Shown here piece after piece: positions 21,300-32,367 of a stretch of 64,000 bases of DNA. Numbering within the stretch: the stretch's first letter is position 1; every line of letters begins with the position of its first letter. The position numbers and the translations under genes were made by a program. The notes below the pieces were generated by a model. It was not told the origin of the DNA. It searched no databases and saw only the letters and a list, made by a program, of their open reading frames with translations. The stretch is from the NCBI GenBank assembly GCA_000004985.1, contig GG738855.1; one strand, 5' to 3'. The stretch comes from Naegleria gruberi (Eukaryota).

Positions 21300-23309
21300 T
21301 TAGAGAGTCATTAATTGTTCTTCATTAATCTTGAATGAGTTAATGACAAATAATTTAGAATACAATTCTTCACAGACTTTTCCACATTCTTCTCCCATAG
21401 TCTTCTTAGCTTTGATGAGTTCTTGTTGGATTTGAGAAATCTTTTCATTAATAAAGCTCCAGAAATCCTTCTTGGTGACTTGTGCAGCTCTATTGAAAGA
21501 GGCAAGCATTTCAGTCAAATATTCATCAACAATGGTACAACTTTCAATCATCTTGTCACTATATTCAATATTGTCATCTGGAAGTTGGGATGGATATTCC
21601 TTTGATACAACTCTTGAATCTCTCAAAATGGTAGAGTTGGTCAAAATTTCCTTAATCAAGTTATGGAATGGAATGAGTTCCTTTTCAATAGAGATTAAAT
21701 CTTGTTCTTGTTCAACAGATTTAATGAGCCAAGTCTTAATGGAATGATAAATGGCTTCATTCAATGGGGTTAAACCTCTCAACATGAAAAAGTTAGTATC
21801 TCTCCAATCTGCGAAACTATTAACTGCCTTAGTTTGCTTCATCATGAGATTGATATGTTTCATGAGTGCCTTACTATCAGCCTTGACAAATTGAGCATCA
21901 TATGGTTCACCTCTGAATAAATGCAATTGTTCACTGCTTGTTATATTGGTAATGACTGGATTGTAGAATAATAAAAGTCCTCTGTCTTGAATTTCAGATT
22001 GTCTCTTACCATATAAAAAGTTATGGACAAGGATGGTACCAAAATTACCTTGTCCATTAATGTCTCTAGTGGCTTCAAAAGCTTTGATTGCTTCTCCTGA
22101 ACAGACATAGACAAGACCTGCAGAGATTTCTCTCAAAAGAGCAGATGTAACTTCAATATAATTGGAAATAATAGTTCTTGGGAATTCATGATCAGCTGGT
22201 CCCTTATGGAGGAGCATTAAATTCATTGGACGAACCTTCTTTGTTGGATTAGTTTGATTGAATAATTCCTTAAAATCACATTCCTCATAGAAGAGATAGG
22301 ATCTTGGGAATTGTCTAGTAGCCAACATGGATTCCTTATCACCATCAAATTCAGTAAATTCATATTGAGATTTGAGGAATTGTAAAATAGAGTCTTTGAG
22401 ATCTGAAACGAGGTGTGGAATTGTCAAACCCTTACGAATATATTCATTATTTTCATTCAGAATTTCTTCTTGTGTAGAGTCAGCAGTGATTCTAATTTGA
22501 ACCTTGTTATCTTCATCTTGTTGTCTTCCAATCTTATTGACACGAATAACATTAGCAATTCCATTCAATGAAGTTTCTGGTCTCTTCTTTGAAGGCAAAA
22601 ATCTCAATCTATTCACAACATATTCATCCATAACTTTGACTCTGTCAGCATTCAATGAAGTCTTCATTCCTAGAGACAATTCAAAGAATGATGGAAGATC
22701 TTGCTTACAACTATTTCTCCAAGAATCACCAAGAATTTTATCACACAATAAACCATTATATTCAGATGAGAGACAATTGAATTGAGCAACTTTGAGATTG
22801 ACAGCTTTGGATTCTCTTGTTGTGAGAAGAGTTTCATCTGGCAAATTAAAGTTCTTTCCATGTTTTGCTCTAACTTTTTCAATAGTATTAACAATTGAAT
22901 CAAGTAAACTCATTGCATATAAATTATATTCCCTAGCACAATAATCATTGGTATGGAAATAAACAAGTAAATCCATCTCTGACAAGACTTTGTGATAATA
23001 TGAGAGAGCATGATGATTCGGATCAATGAATATATTTTTCAATTCTTCTTCTTGATTTCCAGCAAGAGAAACAGCAGCAATTGAATCTTGTAATTGTATA
23101 AAACTACTATTTAAAGAGGAATCAATTTGAAAAACATCTCGGAGTGCAAAAGAGGGTGAAGTTTTGAATTGATTGTCATCGAGAGCATTTACTTGCAAAC
23201 AACAATAGGAAATTACAATCAAAAGTAAAAGTAATGATGATGCTGATGATTGTTTTATTCTCATCCATATGGATTTTGAAGAGGATGACTGCAATCGTTG
23301 TTGCAACAT
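21300..23309 (-). CDS. Secreted or lumenal hypothetical protein (669 aa) with N-terminal signal peptide
   Basis: MLQQRL...SSLLLLLIVISYCCLQVNA is a classic signal peptide. The mature region has scattered Cys and N-glycosylation sequons. No family confidently recognised. Confidence 0.55.
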   Translation of the reverse strand: MLQQRLQSSSSKSIWMRIKQSSASSLLLLLIVISYCCLQVNALDDNQFKTSPSFALRDVFQIDSSLNSSFIQLQDSIAAVSLAGNQEEELKNIFIDPNHHALSYYHKVLSEMDLLVYFHTNDYCAREYNLYAMSLLDSIVNTIEKVRAKHGKNFNLPDETLLTTRESKAVNLKVAQFNCLSSEYNGLLCDKILGDSWRNSCKQDLPSFFELSLGMKTSLNADRVKVMDEYVVNRLRFLPSKKRPETSLNGIANVIRVNKIGRQQDEDNKVQIRITADSTQEEILNENNEYIRKGLTIPHLVSDLKDSILQFLKSQYEFTEFDGDKESMLATRQFPRSYLFYEECDFKELFNQTNPTKKVRPMNLMLLHKGPADHEFPRTIISNYIEVTSALLREISAGLVYVCSGEAIKAFEATRDINGQGNFGTILVHNFLYGKRQSEIQDRGLLLFYNPVITNITSSEQLHLFRGEPYDAQFVKADSKALMKHINLMMKQTKAVNSFADWRDTNFFMLRGLTPLNEAIYHSIKTWLIKSVEQEQDLISIEKELIPFHNLIKEILTNSTILRDSRVVSKEYPSQLPDDNIEYSDKMIESCTIVDEYLTEMLASFNRAAQVTKKDFWSFINEKISQIQQELIKAKKTMGEECGKVCEELYSKLFVINSFKINEEQLMTL

Positions 23310-23491
23310 TTTTTCGGAATTTGTTTGAGTGTGGATAATTAGGAAACACGTTTTTTCATTCCTAAGATTCCGGAGATGAAGAACTCCGAAATATCCAATA
23401 GTTTAATATTATTAAAAATCATCATTACCCAATGCAATGCATAAGAGATTATAGATCATGTTTAAAAGATTAAAAACTTCAAATTCTATTA

Positions 23492-24993
23492 ATGCAAGAA
23501 TTATTTAATAAAAAAATGTTTAAACAATCATCGTTGAAATCCTTGTACATTTCATCTTGTTGGATGAAAATTCCGAAAGCCTTTGCAAATCACCATGCTC
23601 CAATAGTTACTTCAATCAATAACAATCGTGATTGTTTTACTACTAACGAATTTTCTCATCAATGGGAGAGAAGATTCTATGCAACCATCATGTAAGTCTT
23701 TTAATTTGGAATTTTCTCAAGTATTCATACAATTATTTAAATTATAATATTAATTGATATATTACTAATGTATGAAATTTCAATATAATTAGGAATAAGA
23801 GTGTTCAAGTGAGTAAACCAAAGGCAGAGGCCAAGAACAAATCAAACTTTGCCAAATCTCAAGAAAAAATCAAAAAACAAAAGGTACAACAAGTTCAACA
23901 AAGAAATGAAAAGGATTACATTTCGGATAAAACTCAATTGGAAAAAACACTCAAAATACAAGAATTAATTGGAAAATATGCTACTTTGAAAGGAAAGAGT
24001 GAATTATCGGAACAAGATGAAAAATTGCAAATTGAATTTTTAAGAAAAATAGTTCAATATCCTAATTTTATATTTATGAACATGTTGGAAGCTGGAAGCT
24101 CAATGGATCCTTCAATTTTAGGAAATGTAAATATATTCTCGAGTAAGCTTAAATATGATCAATATCTGGAAAGATTTGAGTCAAAATTACTCAAAAAGGA
24201 ATATGCAAGTGTAAAAGTGTCAAGTGCACCAAATATTGCTCAAATATTGGCTGCCACCTCATCCACATCAAGTATTGATGTCTTGACTGCCACCATTGAT
24301 GACACTATCAAGTTATCGCCACCGGAACTGAGAGAAATTATGGATTGGACTTCAATTGTTTGGTCAGAGCTGTTATATTCAGTACTGATAAAATCTATAA
24401 AGGAGCAAAATCAAACAGCTGGTGAGCTTAAAGATTTGGATATTCAATTGCAAAATGTTTCACATGATTTGAAACAAAATAAGGGCTCATACCTAGCCAT
24501 GCAAAATAAGTACCAAAAGCTCATTGATGAAAAAGTTAAACTCTTGCAATCTCAAGAATCTAAATCAGAGGGATACAAATCCAGACTCTATCTCACTGAA
24601 AAGATCTATGTTGCCCAGAGGGATAATGAAAGTTTGAGTGAGGTCGATAAATTTGCTGTCCCATCTCGAAAGGATCCATCTAAGAAGATTGTTCACATTT
24701 ATTCAGCTCCAGATGTAGCTGCATTGGAAATTCACAACTTTATGAAAACAGCCAAAGACAACTCTGTCAGTATTGCTGTTGTTTCTGGAAGTGAATTATT
24801 TGAATTTCTGGTGAGAAATAAGATTGATTTATTGAGGATTTCATTCTTGGGCAATTATGATGATCTTATCACTCATAAATTGAACTTGGAGGAAATTGAA
24901 GAAATTGCAGATATTGGTAGAAGGGAAGCACAAAAGAGACAAACAGATAATGAGAACAATCAACAAGAAGAAAAGGAACCAAAGCAAGAATAA
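23492..24993 (+). CDS. Hypothetical protein, 2 exons join(23492..23691,23793..24993); N-terminus resembles a mitochondrial presequence
   Basis: Exon 1 ends AT|GTAAGT (phase 2). The 101-nt intron ends aattAG. The downstream track ORF begins at a GTG and is in frame after splicing (…FYATIM-NKSVQVSKPKAEAK…). K/E-rich with coiled-coil segments. Confidence 0.5.
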
Positions 24994-24998
24994 AAAAA

Positions 24999-25781
24999 AT
25001 GATGAACAACCAAAACACTGACCCATCACTGCAACTTTGTGCAAACCATTTGTTTGACATGATAAATCGGAAGTTGAGTGAATTGAATGCATATGAAGAA
25101 AGATTAAAAAAGAAGGAATTGGAATTAGAAAGGAGAGAAAGGGATTTGGAAAAGTTAATATTATCAAACAATTCACAATCTTCTCCAATAATAAGCGAAA
25201 ATAATATTTTAAATAATTTATCATCATTGGATGCAACTATCACAACAAGGGTTTTTAATGTCACTGAATTTGATACGGAATATACTAGTAACAAATTGAA
25301 AGTACTAAATGACAATAGAACAGTTCAGAAAATTTATAATGATGATTGGCCATGTGCTTGTATGGGGCTGATTCCAGATCACATAATTGATTCTAATAAT
25401 TTTGACATTGTTAGATTTCAAACAAAATTCACCAATAATTGTTGGAATAATTTATTTGTTGGATATGCATTTAAGGATGATTTTTACTTGTCAGGAAAAA
25501 ACTATTCTGTCTGCTCCTATATGATCTGTTTGCATAAATTGGACAACGAAATCAAGATTTACAAATATTGGCCAGAAAATGAGTCGGGTTCTGAAATTGA
25601 AAATTACTATTTTGGAACTAACATTCAAACACTAGAAATGATTCATAACAAGGTAGAGGGTAAAATTTCGTTAATTATTAATGGTCAACCAAATACATTA
25701 TTCAAAGATGAATTGCTGAAATCAACTTTGCATCCTGCTTTTGAATTGAGTCAATATCAAGCTACTTGTGAGCTGATATAA
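24999..25781 (+). CDS. Coiled-coil + SPRY/B30.2-like domain protein
   Basis: N-terminal coiled coil (ERLKKKELELERRERDLEKL), then about 170 aa with an SPRY-like pattern (LNDNRTVQK..., WPCACMGLIP, NLFVGYAFKD, ISLIINGQP, FELSQY). Confidence 0.45.
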   Translation: MMNNQNTDPSLQLCANHLFDMINRKLSELNAYEERLKKKELELERRERDLEKLILSNNSQSSPIISENNILNNLSSLDATITTRVFNVTEFDTEYTSNKLKVLNDNRTVQKIYNDDWPCACMGLIPDHIIDSNNFDIVRFQTKFTNNCWNNLFVGYAFKDDFYLSGKNYSVCSYMICLHKLDNEIKIYKYWPENESGSEIENYYFGTNIQTLEMIHNKVEGKISLIINGQPNTLFKDELLKSTLHPAFELSQYQATCELI

Positions 25782-25844
25782 ATTTTTTCAGATTTGAGAA
25801 TAATCTTAATAATTTTTTGAAAAAGTCTCAATGGAGTAATTAAT

Positions 25845-27212
<1,368 letters not shown>

Positions 27213-27335
27213 TTATTAAGGATTGTATTTTGCAAGTTTCTCTATAATGGAGGACGAGCGATTTTTTTTAATTTTGTTTCTAAGAACAAGCAACCCTGTT
27301 ACGTTATTTAAACAAAACTACAACCTTTTGTAATA

Positions 27336-27350
27336 TTGTGGCGCCAAAAT
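27336..27350. promoter_or_regulatory. Palindromic E2F-like element TTGTGGCGCCAAAAT in alpha-tubulin promoter
   Basis: GGCGCC at 27340..27345 flanked by T-rich and A-rich runs, 134 nt upstream of the alpha-tubulin ATG. Two half-site variants follow: TTTGGCGGG (27363..27371) and TTTTGGCGG (27410..27418). Confidence 0.45.
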
Positions 27351-27362
27351 AAAATACAAAAA

Positions 27363-27371
27363 TTTGGCGGG
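27363..27371. promoter_or_regulatory. E2F-like half-palindrome TTTGGCGGG
   Basis: Matches the TTTSSCGC consensus in the same promoter as the 27336..27350 site. Confidence 0.3.
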
Positions 27372-27409
27372 TTCAGTACAATTCCTTATTAATAACATTT
27401 TTACAGTTA

Positions 27410-27418
27410 TTTTGGCGG
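27410..27418. promoter_or_regulatory. E2F-like element TTTTGGCGG
   Basis: Third TTTSSCG-type motif in the 27207..27500 intergenic region. Confidence 0.3.
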
Positions 27419-27501
27419 TAAAATATGTGAGTACTCATTTCTGTTGTAAACTTTAAAATTAATCCAAAAAATCTTTCCAATGTACTATTGTAATAAGTTA
27501 A

Positions 27502-29472
27502 CTATTTATTATTATTATTATTGTTATTGTTATTATTATTGGCATTATTCCTATTGTTTGGATTATTCATAAGGTTCATACCACCATTTACCATATACAT
27601 TGGTTGATTGAAAGGAAGATTTGGCATGTTTGGCATATTTGGCATGTTTGCCATGTTGAATGGCATAACAAAATTATATGGAAATGGCATTGGATTGGAC
27701 AAGATTAATCCTTGTGTATTTTGATAACCAGGTATTGTAGTTGGCACTGTTGGTGCTGTGGGAGGGTTCAAGTTTGGTGGTAATGCTTGAGATGGTTGTG
27801 GTTGTGTTGGTGGTGGCTTTTCTGAACATTTTTCAATCAGTTCAGTACCTATTGGGAATGATACAAAAACAGGTTCAGAGGCAATGGTGTTGGCGGTGAT
27901 GGTTTCCTGTTCCTTTGTTTTATCAAAGTATATCTTCAAGTATTGATAAGGGAATAGTAATAGGGATGACTTGTCATCAATTGGAGCAGTAATGAAATAT
28001 TTCTTCTTGGCCATATTGTTCAATAGAGTTGGAATTTTAGTTGCCTGGGTTGACGGTGTTAATTTCCATAAATGAACTTTCATATCCTTCTTTACAAGAT
28101 TTGCAATTATACTAGTTTTAAGGGACATGAGATTCTTGGTAATCTTGATATCTTTTGGCCATTTACTGGAATCAACAACAATTTCACTTTTAGCATAACC
28201 TTCCAAATGTCCAATAATAGAGTTAGGAGAATCAATACTGAATGTTAATTTGTGAATTTGTACATGGTTAGGACCAATTGTGTAGTCATTAATAGTTTTG
28301 GCAGCAGTACTAGATGTAGAATTTCCACTAGGTGTGCTTCCTGTAGAATTTGGAGTTGAAGTAGTTCCAGATGTGGTTGAATTGGTAGGAGTACTTCCAT
28401 TTGTTGGAGTTGTGGTAGTTGATTGATTGTTGGGAGTGGTTACAGTGGTTGGAGGTGTGGTTGAGGTATTATTGGTTGCTGAGCTAACTGTAGTTGGTGC
28501 AGTACTTGGAGCCAGAAAGCTTGGTGGTGGAGTTGTGACAGTTGTAATGACAGGAGGAATTACAACACCTTTAGCAACACTGGCTTTTGGTGGCAACTTT
28601 GGAGTAACATCCTTTTCTGTTTTGATATGGGTTGTGTTGGAGGCATTTGTGTTGATGCTACTATTGTTGGTATTAGCGCTGGCATTACTGTTTGAATCAT
28701 CATTCTTTTCATTCTTGTCATTCTTCTCCAAAGGTTGCAGTTTGAGTTTGTCTTTTTCAACTCCTCTCAAATCTATCAAAAGACCATATTCTGTATTGGG
28801 ATAATGTAAATTCATAGCATCTAGAATGAGTCTCGATAATCCTTCACTAATACTGAAAGGATCTGTAGAATTACTTGTGTTAGAGGTAACCATTGATTGT
28901 GGATCTAGCTTGCAAGCCTCTGTTATTTTTTTCCATTTTCTTGAAATGCTAGGGGAGAGTATTGAGATAATAAGACCCTTCTTGACCATATCTTTTACAA
29001 TTTCCATTGCATTCTTTCCAACATACATTCCATTCAAAATGCAAGGGTGCTCTGATGGAGTGGATGAACAAATCATCACATACTTTAAAGCATCCTTGTC
29101 CCATTCCAAATCAGTGATTGAAGTTGCAAGAGCTTCACTGACACAACTATGGGCAATACCACCAGCATAGAATTTTTCCTTCAATCCTTCCAAAATTTGG
29201 TAAAATGTGGAATAATCTTTAATGAAAGGAATTACCTTTACCAAAAAATCACCATTTGGTGGATAATTTTGAAATAAAACAGCAGAAAATTCCGTATTCT
29301 TATTTCTCAAATACAACATGTAGGGCACAATGACTCTGTTTAAAAAGTAGGCAAAATATGTCTTCATTCCTGTTGTTGTGTCGATTAAAATACATATTTG
29401 TTTAGGTTGATTATCAGATGGGCCATGTGCAGAAGATGATTTGGGAATTGAACCCGATCTATTACTTAGCAT
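27502..29472 (-). CDS. MED25: Mediator complex subunit 25-like (N-terminal vWA, central S/T/P-rich linker, ACID/PTOV-like domain, N-rich tail)
   Basis: N-terminal ICILIDTTTGM...YVMICSSTPSEHP...GLIISILSPSISRKW parallels the MED25 vWA domain (VCLLICNSPPY...GIHFSIVSPRKLP). A linker of about 150 aa is T/S/P/N-rich. A folded region follows (HVQIHKLTFS..., KVHLWKLTP, LLLFPYQYLKIYF). The protein ends in a proline-rich region and a run of 12 Asn. Confidence 0.6.
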   Translation of the reverse strand: MLSNRSGSIPKSSSAHGPSDNQPKQICILIDTTTGMKTYFAYFLNRVIVPYMLYLRNKNTEFSAVLFQNYPPNGDFLVKVIPFIKDYSTFYQILEGLKEKFYAGGIAHSCVSEALATSITDLEWDKDALKYVMICSSTPSEHPCILNGMYVGKNAMEIVKDMVKKGLIISILSPSISRKWKKITEACKLDPQSMVTSNTSNSTDPFSISEGLSRLILDAMNLHYPNTEYGLLIDLRGVEKDKLKLQPLEKNDKNEKNDDSNSNASANTNNSSINTNASNTTHIKTEKDVTPKLPPKASVAKGVVIPPVITTVTTPPPSFLAPSTAPTTVSSATNNTSTTPPTTVTTPNNQSTTTTPTNGSTPTNSTTSGTTSTPNSTGSTPSGNSTSSTAAKTINDYTIGPNHVQIHKLTFSIDSPNSIIGHLEGYAKSEIVVDSSKWPKDIKITKNLMSLKTSIIANLVKKDMKVHLWKLTPSTQATKIPTLLNNMAKKKYFITAPIDDKSSLLLFPYQYLKIYFDKTKEQETITANTIASEPVFVSFPIGTELIEKCSEKPPPTQPQPSQALPPNLNPPTAPTVPTTIPGYQNTQGLILSNPMPFPYNFVMPFNMANMPNMPNMPNLPFNQPMYMVNGGMNLMNNPNNRNNANNNNNNNNNNNK

Positions 29473-29598
29473 GTTATTGTGTTGTTATGATGAGAAGAAA
29501 AAATTATTCTTCTTTCTGCTCCGATTCGTGATTAAAAAAAATATCCAACAACAAGGATGTAATAATTTAAATTAGTTAATTTTTTTTGAATGTTATTT

Positions 29599-30378
29599 TT
29601 AATTTTGGTGCAAAACACTTGAGGCTTTGAGCAATTCATTCAACTTTTCTTCATCGTCCTCCTCTTCTTGTCTTCTTCGAGCTTGTTCTTCCTTCTTATT
29701 CTTTTGAGTTTCTTCCCAAACAGCTGCCCACATTTCCATACACTTACTGTGATAAAATAGTTGAGAATGAACAAACTCTTCAAATACTGTCCTCAAATCT
29801 CCAAGTCCTTCGTAGAGCTTTTTTTTCAATCCTCTATTTTCTCTAAGTTCTCTAATTTGATCATCTACAGATGTTGGCACCTTTCTTCTCTTTTTAATAT
29901 TCTTTTTTTGAGTTTTCACATATTCTGTATTGAAATCTCTTATGAGCTTCCATGTTTTTGAGAAACTCTCTATATCATTCGATTGTAATCTGTCAATTCG
30001 TTCTTGAAGAATAACATTTTGATTATTTGTATAAATGAATCCTTGGTGAAGAATAGCAAGAAATGTTTGTAAATCCTTATGATCCTTAACGTCAAGAGTT
30101 GATATTTTTTCATCGAGTGGGAGAAGAGACTTGTTGACAGTTTGTAAGCTCTTCTCATATTCTCTCAACTGAAATTTAAAAAAGTCAGCAAAGTCTAGCA
30201 CCTTCGTTCCTCTCTCCAGAGACTGTGAGGCGTAAAAGAGCATTGAATCGGAAGAGTTGGGATTAAGTGATGTTCCTAACGATTGTTGAAGTTGTTTTAG
30301 AGAATCATCAGAAGATCCTTGTGTTGGCATTCCACTAAGAGGAGATATTGGTGTTTTTGGTGTTGTTGTTCCTAACAT
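29599..30378 (-). CDS. Hypothetical helical/coiled-coil protein (259 aa)
   Basis: Intronless ORF with a K/E/R-rich C-terminal tail. Two palindromic TTGGCGCCAA elements lie 60-100 nt upstream of its ATG. No family recognised. Confidence 0.5.
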   Translation of the reverse strand: MLGTTTPKTPISPLSGMPTQGSSDDSLKQLQQSLGTSLNPNSSDSMLFYASQSLERGTKVLDFADFFKFQLREYEKSLQTVNKSLLPLDEKISTLDVKDHKDLQTFLAILHQGFIYTNNQNVILQERIDRLQSNDIESFSKTWKLIRDFNTEYVKTQKKNIKKRRKVPTSVDDQIRELRENRGLKKKLYEGLGDLRTVFEEFVHSQLFYHSKCMEMWAAVWEETQKNKKEEQARRRQEEEDDEEKLNELLKASSVLHQN

Positions 30379-30437
30379 TTTATGTACAATAAATAATAAT
30401 AAGGGAGTTGGTTCTTTTTTTTTAAAAAATGTAACAC

Positions 30438-30450
30438 TGTTGGCGCCAAT
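30438..30450. promoter_or_regulatory. Palindromic E2F-like element GTTGGCGCCAATA
   Basis: GGCGCC at 30442..30447, about 60 nt upstream of the ATG at 30378 (minus-strand gene). Confidence 0.4.
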
Positions 30451-30462
30451 AATTATGTATAA

Positions 30463-30477
30463 TTTGGCGCCAAATTT
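30463..30477. promoter_or_regulatory. Palindromic E2F-like element TTTGGCGCCAAATTT
   Basis: Perfect 12-nt palindrome TTTGGCGCCAAA centred on GGCGCC (30466..30471). Second copy in the same promoter, 24 nt from the first. Confidence 0.45.
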
Positions 30478-30599
30478 ACATCTTATTTGAATAATAGAAA
30501 CGAGTGTTCACTACAACATTAACTCTGTTAATGTCAACAGTTAAATCAATAAGAATTGCATCTCAGTTGATTTGTAAATTTCAATTTAAGTTAAAGAAT

Positions 30600-30676
30600 G
30601 GCTACGGCCATATCACGATGAATGCACCTCATCCCGATTTGAGACAACTTGGGAACCTGTGGTGCTGTAGTCTTTT
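30600..30676 (+). pseudogene. Truncated 5S rRNA gene copy (about 77 nt; internal 45 nt missing)
   Basis: GGCTACGGCCATATCACGATGAATGCACCTCATCCCG|ATTTGAG|ACAACTTGGGAACCTGTGGTGCTGTAGTCTTTT. Apart from 2 substitutions, the 5' 37 nt and 3' 33 nt are identical to the 7081 gene. It lacks TCCG and AAGTTAAGCATCGTCGAGCCACATCAGTACTGAGGTTGGAG, which is the box C region of the internal Pol III promoter. It still ends in a T run. Confidence 0.75.
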
Positions 30677-30777
30677 ATCATAATCATCTCTAATATGACT
30701 GATTAAGGTCAACAGTAAGCTAAGTGCAATTCGTTTATTTTCCTATTAACATAGTGAAAGTCCTATTAGGTTGGATT

Positions 30778-32145
30778 TTAAAGACCAGTCGGATAGGTTT
30801 CTTCAAGTCGCTTTTTAGCCCATTGATGTTGCATATCTATTGGATGGACTGCAGTGGTGGTGTTGAAATGAATAAGGGCATCAAATTGCTTTGCGACCTT
30901 TGCTTCAAAGTAATGAGATTGTCTCTCAGTTTTCGGTCTGTAAATAACACCAATAGCTCTTTCTAGTCTCTCCTTTTCTAATTCCCTTCTCAAAGTTGCA
31001 TTAGTTTCAACACTTGGATCCTTGCTTTTAAATAATAGCATGTAGTCTTTGGTCTTTTGACCGATTGTTGCATCATGAAGCAATTCTTCAATTGAATCCT
31101 TCATACCAGGGTTGACACGTTTATATTCAGGATCTTGATTCCATTTATCAGCAGCTGTTACACTTCCATTAAATGTGGAAAACCCAACAATGTAGACATC
31201 ATCTGGAAAGTTTTCTCTGCACTTTCTTCCAATGTTAATTTCATGGCCCTTATCATAGATACTATCTGTTTGTGAGGCATCTCCAACATGAGAATTGTGA
31301 GCAAACACAATAACTTTGGCCTCTTTTCCATAGCTATTGGAGTAATATTTCATAATCTCAACCAGTGTCTCAAAGAAGTGCTCATCCCGAATATTCCAAC
31401 TTCCATCCACAAACATAACTCTATAATAATGCTCTGCATTCTTTACAACCATTGCATTTTGAATGGCATTGAAGAGATGGTCCTTTTCTTGTAATTCCTT
31501 TGTTTCTCTATTCTGCAAATCCAATAATACCTGCATTACCTTTTCTTGACATGATCCACCAATTACTTTTCTTATTGGCTCCTTCTTTTTGTAATTTTTC
31601 ATGCACTCATATTGCTCCCTCACATGTTTAGCACCTTCATGATCACCAATTGATTCGAAATATTCGAGAACGACCCTCATACTTCTGTCACTACTATACA
31701 AATCAAGACCGTACAATCCAACCATATCCTTCTCCTTATTGAATTGTGTATTATACTCCCTCAGCCACTCCACAAGATTGAGAGTGGGAACATTTCTCCA
31801 CATCCAAGTTGGGAATCGTTTAAATCCACTCAGTGAATCAACACCAGTGCAATCAATTTGGTGCTTGATAAATTCATTCACCCTAGAAGTATCGGGAAAG
31901 TCAGCCTCAAGGCAAATACAATTGAAACCCTTCTCTGATATTAGACGCTTTGTAATGGCTGCTCTGTGTTCGTAGAATTCATGTGTGCCATGAGATGCCT
32001 CCCCAATGAGTACTAATTTCGAATCACCAATGGCTTTCAAGAGTGAATCGTAGCAAGTCAAAGAAGATTCAGATTTGGAAAGATCTTTTGTGAGTGGAAT
32101 CCAATTTTCTCTAATGAGAGAAAGAAGGCCAGATTGTTTGTTCAT
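30778..32145 (-). CDS. Erythromycin-esterase-family (Ere/PF05139-like) protein
   Basis: Probable start is the Met at 32145 (aaaATGaacaaacaa); the track ORF starts 13 codons upstream. LVLIGEASHGTHEFYEHRAAITKRLISEKGFNCICLEADFPD matches the Ere family N-terminal signature (GExTHGT.EF...R..I...L.....F..v..Ead). Conserved His/Glu residues lie further on (FAHNSHVGD). Confidence 0.7.
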   Translation of the reverse strand: MNKQSGLLSLIRENWIPLTKDLSKSESSLTCYDSLLKAIGDSKLVLIGEASHGTHEFYEHRAAITKRLISEKGFNCICLEADFPDTSRVNEFIKHQIDCTGVDSLSGFKRFPTWMWRNVPTLNLVEWLREYNTQFNKEKDMVGLYGLDLYSSDRSMRVVLEYFESIGDHEGAKHVREQYECMKNYKKKEPIRKVIGGSCQEKVMQVLLDLQNRETKELQEKDHLFNAIQNAMVVKNAEHYYRVMFVDGSWNIRDEHFFETLVEIMKYYSNSYGKEAKVIVFAHNSHVGDASQTDSIYDKGHEINIGRKCRENFPDDVYIVGFSTFNGSVTAADKWNQDPEYKRVNPGMKDSIEELLHDATIGQKTKDYMLLFKSKDPSVETNATLRRELEKERLERAIGVIYRPKTERQSHYFEAKVAKQFDALIHFNTTTAVHPIDMQHQWAKKRLEETYPTGL

Positions 32146-32323
32146 TTTATTCTTGTTTTTGATTGTAAGTTTACAATAAAACAATGATGTGATTTTTTAG
32201 TTATTCACTTCTTTGTACAATTCCCTAAACCATTTTAAATTATCAACAAGCTAATTCATATATCCAAAATCTTGAGATATACCATCTGATAATTAGGTTG
32301 ATAAGTAACGTCCATTTACAATA

Positions 32324-32339
32324 TTTTGGCGCCATTTTT
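32324..32339. promoter_or_regulatory. E2F-like element TTTTGGCGCCATTTTT in divergent promoter
   Basis: GGCGCC at 32328..32333. It lies between the Ere-like gene (minus, start 32145) and the PP2A B'' gene (plus, start 32368), 35 nt upstream of the latter. Confidence 0.4.
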
Positions 32340-32367
32340 CATCTACAAAAAAGCAAATTAATAAAAA

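Noticed and set aside
27502-29472. Possibility that the 656-aa gene is a VWA-domain adhesion or secreted protein rather than MED25
   Set aside because: There is no signal peptide. The vWA is N-terminal and followed by a PTOV/ACID-like fold and an N/Q/P-rich tail, an arrangement specific to MED25. Kept as MED25 with moderate confidence.
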